Origin: Selaginella moellendorffii
Lineage: Eukaryota; Plantae; Lycopodiophyta
Length of the DNA stretch: 64,000 nt
Reading direction: 5' to 3'
NCBI RefSeq assembly: GCF_000143415.4
Contig: NW_003314281.1
Span: forward strand, 422,833 to 486,832
Below are positions 1 to 11,794 of this stretch, one piece after another. Numbering within the stretch: position 1 is the first letter of the stretch; each line of letters starts with the position of its first letter. The translations under genes and the position numbers were made by a program. The notes beneath the pieces are model-generated. The model ran no database searches, was not told where the DNA came from, and saw only the letters and a list, made by a program, of their open reading frames with translations.

Positions 1-2219
1 CGGGTTTATCATTGTCTTCTTCCGCATTTGTCTTGCAGGTTTGTTGTCCAAAATGCTTCTTTGTTAATTTGTTAAGTGCTGTATTTTTGCAGCTTCTTTC
101 AGAGAAGGGAGAACTTCCAACAAGATTTGGCTCTGCCACCCTTGGAATTCTTCTCTTTCAAGTACAAAATGCGCAACAAACTTCTTTTACTAACATGGTA
201 TTCCTAGGACATTGCTGTCGTACCTTTGCTGGTCATTCTACCAATTCTAGAAACCGGGGTATGTTATTCTGATATCTCATCTGCTCGTATCTTCATATCG
301 ATATTACAGAATTTTTCACAAGAGAGTCTCTGGCCTGTAATGGCGGCTGAAAGTCTAAAAGCCTTGGGTGGCTTGGGAGCACTGTCCCTTGGTGGACAAT
401 TACTTCTTCGTCGTATTTTTGAGGTTGGCCACCCCTCAAATCGCTTTATTTAATCGATTCAAATTGATACAGGTCGTAGCAGATGCAAGGAGCTCCGAAG
501 CTTTTGTAGCTCTTTGTTTGCTTACAGTCACTGGAACGTCTCTGCTAACGCAAAAACTTGGGTTCAGCGACACGGTATGTGTATTCATACTCAGGAGATG
601 CTTTTGTGCTGAATATTTCGTTGTGAAAGCTTGGAGCATTTCTCGCTGGTGCACTTCTAGCGGAGACAAATTATCGCACACAAGTCGAAGCAGACATTCG
701 TCCTTTCAGAGGATTATTGCTTGGACTGTTTTTTGTAACGACGGGCACATCGATCGATCTCCAGGTGAGGACAGAGCATTGTTTTTGACCGATTTTGATA
801 CTGTTCTATCCATTTTGCAGCTTTTAATTCGAGAGTGGCCAAATGTTTTAGCACTCCTAGGTGGCTTAATCGCGATAAAAACACTAATCACTACCGCCAT
901 TGGCAAGAAAGTTGGCTTGTCACTGCCAGAAAGTGTTCGTACTGGTCTGCTTCTCTCACAAGGTGGAGAATTTGCCTTCGTGGTTTTCGCCCTTGCAAAC
1001 AGGTACTCACAAAAGCGAGCTTTAGTGCCACTTTCTTATTACTTTTGTTGCTGTACAGGCTTGGAGTATTGCCCTTGGAGCTCAACCGTTTACTCATTAT
1101 CGTGGTTGTATTGTCGATGGCTCTCACTCCTTTCTTGAACGAGTTTGGTCGCAAGCTTGCTAACATTATTGAGTTGAAAATTCAACAAGATTCCACGGAG
1201 GTATACTGGCTTTTCACGTTGAAGCTGATCCAGGTAGTCTTTACAGATTAAAAAGGTGGAAATTCCTAAAGTTGCTGAGCCGGTTGTTATTGTTGGATTT
1301 GGTCAGACTGGCCAGGTTTCTGATCTACAGCATAGCTTAGTTTGCTTACTTTGTTTTTCCAGGTTCTAGCCAACTTCCTGTCTACACCTCTAGCAAATGG
1401 TCCTGGCGGTGATGTTGAAGGCTGGCCATATCTAGCATTTGATCTTGATCCTAACCGCGTGAAGGCAAGCTGAAGTTAGAACTACAAGAAGCTTTTTGTT
1501 TCTCATCTCTTCTATCAGGTGTCTAGAACGCTGGGCTTTCCTGTCCTGTATGGAGATGGATCACGGCCATTGGTGTTACAAACTGCTGGGGTGGTGAAAC
1601 CGAAGGCACTCATGGTGATGTACACTGGCAGAGGAAGTGCTGTGCGAGCAGTGGAGAGGCTGCGACTAGCATTTCCAGAGGTATTTTCATGTTTTTTTTT
1701 TTTTTGCACTAACCACCTGCGTGGACAGACGCCTATATTTGCTAGAGCACAAGACTTGGGACACTTGCTCGAGCTTAAACAAGCCGGCGCTACTGATGCT
1801 ATCTTGGAAAACGCTGAGGTATGCAAGCCTTTGCTTTTCTCAGTGTTAAAAAAGCTTTAAAAACCATCAGACGAGCTTGGAGCTTGGGTCTGTGCTACTC
1901 CGGGGCCTCGGAGTCATGCCGGACGACGTCAACTTCTTGAGACGCATAATGCGCGAGTCTCTGGATGTCCAAGCGCAGGAAGCACTGGAGAAGAAAGCTG
2001 GTGGCGAGTTTGCGTGGGTGAAACCATTCCAGGTGAGTATTCTAATGCAAGTTTTTTGCTATAGTTTGTACTTATGTTTCTCTTCCAAACCAGGACAAGG
2101 TGCGAGATCATTCCACCAAGACCGGGTCCAAACAAGATTTAAGCTCCGAGTCCTTAGCTAGCAATGGGAGCTTTGTAGATAATTCTGCACTGGAGAAGCA
2201 CCGTGACAATAAAACATGA
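1..2219 (+). CDS. KEA3: K+ efflux antiporter (CPA2 family, KEA3-like) with C-terminal KTN/TrkA-N domain; multi-exon, 5' end outside window
   Basis: Exon translations include LLSEKGELPTRFGSATLGILLFQ, VVADARSSEAFVALCLLTVTGTSLLTQKLGFSDT, GLLLSQGGEFAFVVFALANR, LGFPVLYGDGSRP and PIFARAQDLGHLLELKQAGATDAILENAE, joined by short GT-AG introns. Last exon ends at TGA 2217-2219. Confidence 0.88.
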
Positions 2220-2365
2220 ATCACTCGGAACCATTCGAAAGCGTCAAGACAAGAGCAAAAGTTGGCGCAAATTGAGCAAGATAAGTGACACAAAAATGTG
2301 AAGGTAGTGCTCCACGCAACCAGATATCTGGAATATATCCCGGGATGCGTTACACACTCCCGAAC

Positions 2366-2372
2366 TATAAAA
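2366..2372 (+). promoter_or_regulatory. TATA box of the nsLTP gene
   Basis: TATAAAA lies about 70 bp upstream of the nsLTP ATG (2442). Confidence 0.55.
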
Positions 2373-2441
2373 GCTTGCCAGGCAGCGCTTCTTCCACTCG
2401 TAGCAATCCAAAGCTTCTCGGAGAGAAGAAAGGAAAGAGAG

Positions 2442-2747
2442 ATGGCTGTGAAGATCGCAATGCTGGTGCTCGTGTCTTACATGTTAGTCTCCATGGCCGC
2501 GGCGGCTACATGCAGCAACAACTACTCGGCGCTGCTACCGTGTGCCGCCGCGACGCGCAGCGCTACGGCGACACCCTCGGCGGCGTGCTGCAAGGTGGTG
2601 GAGGGATTCAAGAGCAATCCGGCGTGCCTGTGCAGCACCATCGCCGCAGCAAGGGCCGCGGGATACAGCATCAACGAGCACAACGCAGAGAGCATCCCGA
2701 CGCGCTGCAAGCTGCACGGATACACCCCGTGCAGCAAGAAGAACTAA
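2442..2747 (+). CDS. Non-specific lipid transfer protein (8-cysteine motif, secreted)
   Basis: Signal peptide MAVKIAMLVLVSYMLVSMAAA followed by the C..C..CC..CLC..C..C eight-cysteine pattern. Intronless. Confidence 0.9.
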   Translation: MAVKIAMLVLVSYMLVSMAAAATCSNNYSALLPCAAATRSATATPSAACCKVVEGFKSNPACLCSTIAAARAAGYSINEHNAESIPTRCKLHGYTPCSKKN

Positions 2748-2819
2748 CTAGGCTTCTCGCTTTCTCGGATCTTCCATGTCGAGAGGATGAGCTATTCGTA
2801 GATTATAGAGAGAATAAAG

Positions 2820-5576
2820 ATGAATAAGATGGCTTACCAAGGACTAACCCTGAACCTAATTAACATGAAGGAACGAAAAGCTACCAAGCGCTTTGTGGAT
2901 TACCAGGCGCTGCTCAAGGTACTGTGGTCTACTCTTCCCCGCCAAAAGTATGCCACGGGAGGCGAGGTTGATGCAAGCAAATTCGCCATGCCCGCCTCCT
3001 TGCGAGTGGAGGGCGCTGGAGATCTCGCCCTTCCTCTCTCCGGCGATGGCTTCCTCAAGCTCAAGGCCGTGTCACAGCAAGCACCGTATGGAAAGGGCGA
3101 GGAAACTTTGCTCGACACTGATGTCCGCCGTGCATGGCAAGTAGACGCGTCCAAAGTGAGTTGCCCTCAAATCCCAGACTTTTTCTCAAAGGTGGTGCTC
3201 GACATGGCCGTTCCCGCGATGGAGGAGATGGGGATCGATGCGGCTGCGCTTGGCTTGGACGTGAGACTGTATAAGCTGCTTCTGTATGAGCAGCGTGGCC
3301 ACTTCAAGTCTCACAGGGATACCGAGAAGGAGGTTGGGATGTTTGCGACGATGATCTTGCAGCTTCCAACAGAGTCCGGGCACGAGGGTGGCAAGCTGGA
3401 GATTCTTCATGGGAAGAAGAGTGTCACTTTTGATTTCTCTGGTCCCGATTCAAGGACGGGGTACTTTCAGACGGCTTTCTTCTGCGATTGCGAGCACAAG
3501 CTGGCCGAGGTGACGAGCGGGACAAGGCTTTGCCTGGTGTTCAGCCTGGTGCGGAGCAATGCAAAGTTTGTGGATGTCGATGCTCGCCACTACGTGTCAG
3601 CCATCGGGAGTGTTCAAAGCCAGCTGAAACAATGGGCTGAGAAAATGCAAGGCTCCTCGTCACCGATCCTCGCCATTCCTCTGGGCCACAAGTACTCGAA
3701 CAACAGCCTGAGCTTTGCGGGGCTCAAGGGACACGACAGGGTTGTCGCAGCGCTTGTGCTGAGCTGCACAAGCTTCCTCGACGTTTATCTCTGCATGCTC
3801 GTCAAGCACACCATCGATAACGAGATTTGTGACACATTCGAGGTTGACTACAGTGTGGAGAACTGGACAACAATCGACGATCAAAAACCCGAGCACTTCA
3901 CAAGTAGCAGCTTGTCTTTAGAAAATCAGGTTGTGAGGGACGACAGCAACAAGGGAGATCCTTTTGACGACTCACCAGACAAGAAGGAGACTGAGCCATA
4001 CAATGGCAACGATGGCGGCGATACAAACTCGTTCTATCATACCGCAGCTCTGGTGGTGTGGCCCAAGGATTGCAGAATGGAGGCGCTGTGCGCAACACAG
4101 TCAGTAAGATCTATAGTGAACTGGCTCGAGGAGCAGCGCAAGCGCGAGCCTGGCCGGACGAGTGAGGATTTAGAGCGATACGTGGATGCTTTGTCAAACT
4201 CCCAGGATACAAGGTTGAATGTGAAAATTCTGCTAGAGTTTTGCATCAATCACGACTTTCGCGATGCAGCCTTTTCGGTCATGAAGAAGTGGGGGATGAA
4301 GCTCATGGAAACAGAAGCACAGGCTATGGTTGCTGCGGTACAAAAGTATGGATGGGATGAATGCTACAGCGGGGTGATTGAGGGGCTGTTGCAGAAGAAA
4401 GATAAGGTGCCTGAGGAGATTGTAAGCTTTGCTGAGCATCTGAGTGAGAGTGGCTTGCAGGAGGCGGCCGTAGTTTTTGCATATAAGCTCTTGGAGGACG
4501 AGAAAGTCTGCACGAGCGATTTGTTTTTGACACGTCTGCTGGGCTTCTTCGTCAAGTGTGGACGTGAAGATGACGCATGGAAGATTTTGGATACCGCATC
4601 CACACTTTATGACTTTCCCGCTGGCTGCTTGGTCCAGGTAGTCAAAAAATGGGGAGAGAGCAGCTTTCTTCGCATCGAAGAGTCTTGGGAGAAGACGCTG
4701 GCAATCAAAGAGGCTTCATGGGAGAGAGAAGCAGAGAAACCCGAGGAGAGCTATGGAAGATCTTTTAAATGTCCACCTTTGCCCAGTGAAACAGCGAAGA
4801 AAAAGATGGAAAAGCTGGCTAAGCTCCAGCTGGAAGGAAGGAGAGGATTTCTGCAAGTAATTGCCGAATTTGTCTTGGAGCTGGAGTCTCAAGGATGTCA
4901 CGATGCTGCAAGGGCCTTGGCAAAGAAGAGATTCATCAAGGATGTTGACCTCGAAGAAATCTATGGTGGGCTAAGCGAGATTGGTAGTGACGATGCACTT
5001 GTGCTGCTCTTGGCTCTGGATGAGAAATTCCATGATGCCGTGAGGAAAGTGAAAGATCGGGAGCTAAGAAATACTGTGATCAAATTGAAACAAGCAGCAG
5101 GGCTGATTGGCTTGAAGAAGGATGAAAAGGTGACGCAGCTCTTCTTGGAACTTTTGTCACGAGCACTGATATACCGCAGTCACAACAAGGAACTGGCTGA
5201 AGTTGCAATTTGGCTGGGCAACGAGGAGATAGTGGGAAGTATAGTAAAGCGTGTGAGAAGTGGTGAATTTAAACTTTTGGAGAAAAACTTGGGTGGAGTC
5301 GAGACATGGGACGATATTGCTAGCTTGAATAAGAGAGCCAAGAGATGGGATGATGCTGCTAGAGATGGGTTGAAGAAGGTGATTAATGCTAAAATTTACT
5401 ACTATGAAGGGCACAATGATGAAGTGGATGAAGAAGATGAAGAAGATGAAGAAGATGAAGAAGACGAGCACCAAAAACTAAACCCAAGGCTTGATCGTGT
5501 CAACTATGAGCGAATGATACAAAGCTCGGGTGACAAGATCGAGAAGCTGCAGAAGCTCTTGAACAAATTGGCTTGA
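2820..5576 (+). CDS. Intronless 918-aa protein: N-terminal 2OG-Fe(II) oxygenase domain, long helical C-terminal region and acidic tract
   Basis: QAPYGKGEETLLDTDVRRAWQVD; LYKLLLYEQRGHFKSHRDTEK (HxD); FFCDCEHKLAEVTSGTRLCLVFSL (distal H and 2OG-binding R); LGHKYS..LSFAGLKGHDR; NDGGDTNSFYHTAALVVWP. Single uninterrupted ORF. True start could be 2820, 2829 or 2865. Confidence 0.82.
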   Translation: MNKMAYQGLTLNLINMKERKATKRFVDYQALLKVLWSTLPRQKYATGGEVDASKFAMPASLRVEGAGDLALPLSGDGFLKLKAVSQQAPYGKGEETLLDTDVRRAWQVDASKVSCPQIPDFFSKVVLDMAVPAMEEMGIDAAALGLDVRLYKLLLYEQRGHFKSHRDTEKEVGMFATMILQLPTESGHEGGKLEILHGKKSVTFDFSGPDSRTGYFQTAFFCDCEHKLAEVTSGTRLCLVFSLVRSNAKFVDVDARHYVSAIGSVQSQLKQWAEKMQGSSSPILAIPLGHKYSNNSLSFAGLKGHDRVVAALVLSCTSFLDVYLCMLVKHTIDNEICDTFEVDYSVENWTTIDDQKPEHFTSSSLSLENQVVRDDSNKGDPFDDSPDKKETEPYNGNDGGDTNSFYHTAALVVWPKDCRMEALCATQSVRSIVNWLEEQRKREPGRTSEDLERYVDALSNSQDTRLNVKILLEFCINHDFRDAAFSVMKKWGMKLMETEAQAMVAAVQKYGWDECYSGVIEGLLQKKDKVPEEIVSFAEHLSESGLQEAAVVFAYKLLEDEKVCTSDLFLTRLLGFFVKCGREDDAWKILDTASTLYDFPAGCLVQVVKKWGESSFLRIEESWEKTLAIKEASWEREAEKPEESYGRSFKCPPLPSETAKKKMEKLAKLQLEGRRGFLQVIAEFVLELESQGCHDAARALAKKRFIKDVDLEEIYGGLSEIGSDDALVLLLALDEKFHDAVRKVKDRELRNTVIKLKQAAGLIGLKKDEKVTQLFLELLSRALIYRSHNKELAEVAIWLGNEEIVGSIVKRVRSGEFKLLEKNLGGVETWDDIASLNKRAKRWDDAARDGLKKVINAKIYYYEGHNDEVDEEDEEDEEDEEDEHQKLNPRLDRVNYERMIQSSGDKIEKLQKLLNKLA

Positions 5577-6131
5577 TTTGGATGGTCGATGTTGAGTCAT
5601 ATTCACTTGTTTAATTCAAATCCTGCTAAGATATTGAAAAATATAAAATATAACTTTGGCTAGCTAAAATATCGATCTACCTGCGCAATGCACAGCTGCC
5701 ACCGCGGAGATCGATTGCACCAGCATTGGCCACCTTGCTGGGCCAAGATTAGACGCTGAAAAAACTCCATACATGATCTTGGGATCAAGGAACATACGCA
5801 AACAAAGATCAATCCATCGTCTAATATAGCCAGGATTACACAATTGACTACGACTCCACGCCTGATGGCCATGGCCCTTAAAATTAGGGCTACCATTTAT
5901 AGACGTGGCATGCCAAGTGTGTTGTGGCATACGTGGCAGCGTACTCATCTGCCACGTGTTAGTAAGAAATGGAGATGGACTGGTCGGCCGGCGGAGATTC
6001 TCTTGCAAGCAAGTGTCAGTGCCGCGCATGGATCCAAACAGTGGCATCCTTGTCTTTCCATCCTTACAATGCGAGCGATCAAATATCCATTCCATGGTTT
6101 GGAACATAGATGTTAAAATTTTCCGATCATC

Positions 6132-9100
6132 ATGACAATGCTTCCATTGTTTGACGCGAGCATAGAGAATGTCCTCCTCTCTTCCGTGTCGCGCTATGCC
6201 CTGGATGCCCTAATCGATCCATCCCAGCGGCGGCGGCAGCGCGAGGCGGAGCGGCGGTGGATCCTCGATCGGCAGCAGCAGCAGCAGGGCCAAGATCGCG
6301 AGGTCAGGTATGCGGATCAGGCAGTGCTCGCGAATCTTGGCTGGGGTATCGACGCGCTCGAGGAGGCGATCCAGACCGGCAATGTGGAGACGAAGATCGC
6401 TCGGCTGGATTACGCCGAGAAGATGCTCCAGGTGTGCGCGCTGCTGGATCGGGGGAGTGATACGGCGGGGATCTCCAATGCCTATCTCGCTGCCTCGGCT
6501 CACATGAATCTGGCGCTGGTGTGGAAGCTGCGGAGCGACGATCGCAGGGCCGCCGAGAATCTCCTGGAGATGTTCATCGCCGAGCCTTTCCAGTCGAGAG
6601 TGGATTTTGCTCCGGGGCTGTGGGAAGCGCTGTTCCAGCGGCATTTGACAGGGATCTCGAGCTGGTACTCTGAGCAGCGAGCGAAGCTACTCGCTGCTCC
6701 ATCATCTCAGGATCACGCAACACTTGGTCATGGTGGTGACTATAGTGTGGATTTTCCTTCATACTCCAGGGACGATTTCTTTGCGGTTTCTACCGATGAA
6801 GTGGCTCTCAACAATCTCCTTTCGGCGGTTACTCCTGAGCAAGCAGCTCAACTCCAGGTGCTCGAGGAGCTCTACCAGAACACGCTGGACGATCACACCC
6901 GACAATATGCCAAGTTCTACAGGGATTGTTTGAGGCTTCCGTCGTCACAGCTCAAGGTGGTCAAGCCTTTGCTGCCGACTGCTGAGCCGCCGGCAACGGA
7001 CGAAGTCTTCCAGCCTTTGAAAGCTCAGCTGGAAGTGATTCAGGAGCATGAGAGCGACGAAGAGAGGTACTGTGGCTGCGGCTGTCGGTTTTCTGGATTG
7101 TTTTTTATCTTGTCCGCTCCGATGATCTTATTGCAGGGATGGAGACAATGAATTAGTGAACGACACGGAAACGCAATTGTCGTTTTCGCGGCAAATCAAA
7201 GATCACAAGAGCTCTGAAGACAAGAAACAGCCAGCAAGCGCGACTTCTTCAAATGGAGCTTCACTTTCGCGCTCTTCCTCGTTTGACAAGATGAGTGAAA
7301 GGTCGCACGAGCATGCGCATCCTATGTCAAGATCTTCTTCAATCAGTGCTGAGTTTTCAAGACCAGGGGCTCAACAGAAAACGTCTCGATCATGTTCCTT
7401 TAATCGGAGCGAACTGGATACGAGTGAGCGCTCACTAGAGCGAAGGTCCTCGTTGAATCACGTCGAGCACTTGAATTCTATCTCCAGAGACGGTGATATT
7501 TACGATGAAGAAAGGTACTCTTACTACTTACTTTAGGGAGCAGTCCCTGACATTTTCTTTACAGGTCTGTGACGTCTGAAACGGATGCGTATGAAAGACG
7601 CATGGTCAGGCCTCCGAAAGACTTTGTCTGCCCCATCACGAACCAGCTCTTCGATGATCCAGTGACACTTGAGACAGGACAGACTTACGAACGAACAGCC
7701 ATACGGGAATGGCTGGAAAGAGGGAACACAACTTGTCCCATCACCCGGCAGCTCTTAAAAAATAGAGCTCTTCCAAGTACCAACTACGTGCTGAAGCGGC
7801 TGGTGGAAAACTGGAAGGAAATACACGGTGCCGGCAATTCTATGGAGTCCTTTTACGACGAGAACCAAGAGCTCTGGCAAGATTTGGAAAATGAGGATGC
7901 GTTGCTACGTTCTTCTCCGAGCAGTGTCATCAGCTCAAGCTCCAGGCAAAGTCAAGCGCACAAGAAACATATGAAGGGTGACGCATCCGCTGTTGAAGGC
8001 TTCATGCACGAGCTAAAACCCGCGGTGGAGCGTTTGTGCGTGTCCGAGGATTTGCAAGAATGCGAGCAGGCCGTCATGACCATCGCAGCAGTCTGGGAAA
8101 AGTGTTGCGGTGACTTTAGAGTCGAGGCCAGCCTGACCAAAGCCAGCGTGATCGAGGGACTCGTAGAGGTGCTGTCGGTTTCAGTAGCGCAGGAAGTGCA
8201 AGTTGCTGCAGCTCGGATTCTCTCGGCACTGGTTGCAAGCGATGAATTTACGAGGCACACCATCGTCAGAGCGGACCCAGAACTCGAGTCGATTGTGAGG
8301 CTCTTGAAGAACGAAGTGGCTCAAGGAGCTGTTCTTCTTCATCAGTTGAAACTCTCGGCGAACGAGATGAACGCTCTAGACATTGTAGCAGACCTGGTGA
8401 AAATCCTAAGGAAAGGATTGGATGGTGTACAAGGACAGGGTGACAAACTTTGTAGTCCAAAGGCTGCCGCAGTTGGCTTACTCCAGCAACTGGTATCAAC
8501 AAGTCCCGAGAGGCCTCATTCAAGTGCTCATTTGCTACTGGCTCTGGAAGCAGTCCCCATTCTGATAGAGAATCTCAAAGCAAAGGACATCGACGAGAGG
8601 CTGTCCACCATCTCAGTCCTGCTTTGCTGCATGGAAGCAGACGGCCGGTGCAGGAACTTGATATCCAGGACTGCACAGTTGGGACCTGTTGTGGAAATCC
8701 TTGTTAGAGGCTCTGGTTCCGCTCGGGAGCTGGCTACATTCTTCTTCTTGGAGCTTGCTCACTCAAACAGGTATGACTGAATCTTTCTTGACAATTTGCA
8801 AAACGACTTGTAAAAACAGGAGAGAGACCAACAACAAGGTGCTTACAACTGTGAAGAACGAGGGGATCCTTTCCACGATGCATGTTCTCTTTGTTGCTTG
8901 TCAAAAGGCGCCTATTGAGCATAAGCATACGATTGCAGTGCTTATGCTTCAGCTTGAGATTCTGGTGGGTAGCGTGCCCTTTTTCCCTCGCATTTTGCAA
9001 ATATACTTAAAATTTGGCAGGGCCAGCGACGACAGCAAAGTATTTACAAAGAGGAAGCTTTGGATGCAATTGTAGCTGCACTGAGCAGAGAGTCACCATT

Positions 9101-11031
9101 TGATTGCCAAGTTGAAACAGCTGAAGCATTGGTGGCATTAGTGGGAAGATTTTCGTATGCGGGTACGCCTCTAACAGAAGCCTGGCTGCTCAAGTTAGCT
9201 GGTCTAGAGCAGCCTTATGAACTTCTTACGAACGAGGATCCTCAACAGGAACGCGAGGTTCTGGTGTCACAAAATCTCTATATTGATGGCTTGCTAATTG
9301 TGATCACGTTGTCAGGCTGCAGAAGAAAAGGCTGCAAATCTGTGGGAACTGAATGCGGCTAGAGTGTTCCTTGAATTCGAAGGAGGGGCAATTCTGGAGG
9401 CTCTCGGAGCTATGTTGCAAAGCAAAAACCTCGAGTTATGGAAGCCGTGCATGATATTTGCAGTCTGGTTGAGTTTCGTGGTGAAAAAGCTGCCTAGCTC
9501 AGGTCTCCGGCCATATTTTCGTCGATATTTTCTGGCACCTTTTGTGGTAGCACTGGAATCTGCGAAAAATGTCCAACAAAAAGTATTGGCTGCGTTGGGA
9601 CTACACACATTCCTCGACGATCCAGGTAATAAAACTTGGTTAGCCTTCCAACTATTACAAGGCCTTAGTACTGTCTCTGTGCAGAAAGTATGCAAGAGCT
9701 TATTGGCTACGCTAAGGATGTGGTCAAGCCATTGAGGCAACTGAAGAAGGTGACATGGATTGCACAGGAGTTTAGTGAAGCTTTTATCAAGTGTACGTCG
9801 TTGAATCCAGTAAGTAGAAAGATCTCCGTTCTATAGAGCAAGAAAGTGAGCTTTTTAACATAACAGATGGAGCTCTGGCAACATTCTGAAGTTGGTCAAT
9901 TGGATGTCACTCGAAGCGGGGAGGTTCGATGCCTCGCACGAAGTAAAGGAAGGCTTTTCAGCGGACACTCCGACGGCAGCATTCAGGTTTCAGTTTCTCT
10001 CACTCAATTCTATGTAATGTGAGTTTTGCTTTTCAGGTCTGGGAAACAAAGAAAAAGGTGCCAACTTTGCTTCTGGTACTTACTGACCATAGCAAGGCCG
10101 TGACGAGCCTGGCCTTGTCGTCGTCTTCAAACCGGCTGTATAGTGCCTCGCTCGACAGGACTGTTCGGGTAAGCACAACTTTAGAGATTTTCGGCTGTTA
10201 AGTAACTCGGAGAGGCAATCTTTTCAGGTGTGGGCAATCTCACCGGAGAGTGTTCTCTGCATGAATGTGTTGGACTTCAAGGAAGCCGTCGGTGCACTGG
10301 CCATCAGTGGATCTACAATAGTGACCGCAACAGCTCAAGGCAATGGAATCAAGGTTGGTTTTACATTTATCCTCTGCATCCAGAACTTGAGTTTCTTCTG
10401 TGTTCTTCAAGGTACAAGCTGAAACTAACTCGTCGAAGCAACTCAATTCTGGCAAGCACGTCCAATGTCTTGCTGTTTCAAATGGAAATGTCTATTGTGG
10501 ATGCACCGATACGAGCATCCAGGTAAATAGTAAAAATGCACACTTCAGTCTGAAAGAAATATTTTGGATACAATGCTTGGCAGGAAGTTGATCTAGAGGA
10601 AAATTCTGTTGTGACCATCCAGCCAGGAACGCGATCTCTACTGGGAAAGAAGCCAGTCTACGCTATACAAATTTTCAAGAGCGAGATTTTCTCTGCTGGA
10701 GCTGTTGTGGAAGGAGCAGCAGTCAAGGTAAGGAAAGTCTCCAATCAATACAAAGTTTCATATACCTCGTCTCTAATGGCAGGTATGGGATCAAACCGAC
10801 TACTCTTTGAAGCGATCTCTTCCCACAAACTTGGAGATTCGATCCATAGCAGTGCACGACGATTTCCTGTACCTCGGATCGTCGTCGGGAATCATCGAGG
10901 TTTGGCTGAGGGAGAGAAACACTAGAGTCTCGGTGCTTAACATTGGCAGCAAAGTTAACGCACTCTTGCCGGACGGAGATGTTGTCTACAGCGCGTCAGA
11001 GGATGGAAAGATAAGAATCATCTCGTTTTGA
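6132..11031 (+). CDS. LIN: LIN/CERBERUS-like E3 ubiquitin ligase (N-terminal LIN region, U-box, ARM repeats, WD40 repeats); multi-exon
   Basis: YADQAVLANLGWGIDALEEAIQTGNVETKIARLDYAEKMLQVCALL (LIN N-terminus); U-box PPKDFVCPITNQLFDDPVTLETGQTYERTAIREWLERGNTTCPIT; ARM-like middle; WD40 exons (FSGHSDGSIQVW, HSKAVTSLAL..LYSASLDRTVRVW, VYSASEDGKIR). Confidence 0.88.
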
Positions 11032-11118
11032 TAGACGTCCAAAGTTTTAACTCAGAGCTTGGATTGAGAAAACAAATTGGTCTAATTCCAAACATTGTTT
11101 TCATCATTATGGAAGAAC

Positions 11119-11770
11119 TCAAGCCATGTCTTCAAGAGCTTGCGAACCATCTCCAAGAACTGTCAATGACAACACGCTCATTCCTTGGGTTGCTGTTGTT
11201 ATCTTACAATTCACTATTTCTCAACAAAGAACTGAGCTACAACCACCTCTTCAAACTTTTCCTGGAATCACTGTCTCATCCTTGGATTTCTTCACTAAAC
11301 TTCTTTGTTTAGAAATCACTCCTCTTCAAACTCATCCCTGGAATCATCATCTCAACTTTCAGCCAGCTTTTAAAAAATATTTTTGTCAACACTGACCTCA
11401 CAAGTTCCTGATCGCCCAGCCAAAACGCAGCCTCGCACGCCCAGTCTTTCATCGTGTCATCCATTTTGAGCAGTATTTCCATGAAGAGCTGCGTCATCAT
11501 GTCATCCTCTTTCAATCAGTCCGGCTGCTTTCCTCATGGTTTCGGCTATCCGTTCCCTGGAATACATGCAATCTTTCACCTTCTTTCTCACATCTTCACA
11601 GAACTTATCATCCATTGTCAAGAGCAGCACAAGATCTGTGCTCCATCCATATCTTTCCTGGGTGACATCTTTGAAGAACTCCTTGTTTGCAAAGAGCATC
11701 GTATGAAGAGGGGATGGTACTTGGGAGAGCTGGCGAGATTCGCTGTGGAGCTCGAGTGCCAGGGGTGTCA
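11119..11770 (-). pseudogene. Frameshifted remnant of the C-terminal third of the 2OG-oxygenase gene (paralog of 2820-5576)
   Basis: LVLLLTMDDKFCEDVRKKVKD..RKAAGLI matches LVLLLALDEKFHDAVRKVKD..KQAAGLI. MTQLFMEILL..EAAFWLGDQELV matches VTQLFLELLS..EVAIWLGNEEIV. Terminal DNA caagctcttgaagacatggcttga resembles gaagctcttgaacaaattggcttga. Confidence 0.75.
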
Positions 11771-11794
11771 CCTCTTAGGACGAGAGAATAGATA

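Noticed and set aside
2285-2827. 180-aa ORF and extended 149-aa ORF over the nsLTP
   Set aside because: These are alternate frames or upstream non-ATG extensions; the signal peptide and TATA box support ATG 2442.
5420-5466. (GAAGAAGAT)n repeat
   Set aside because: An ordinary coding microsatellite giving an acidic tract in the 2OG protein.
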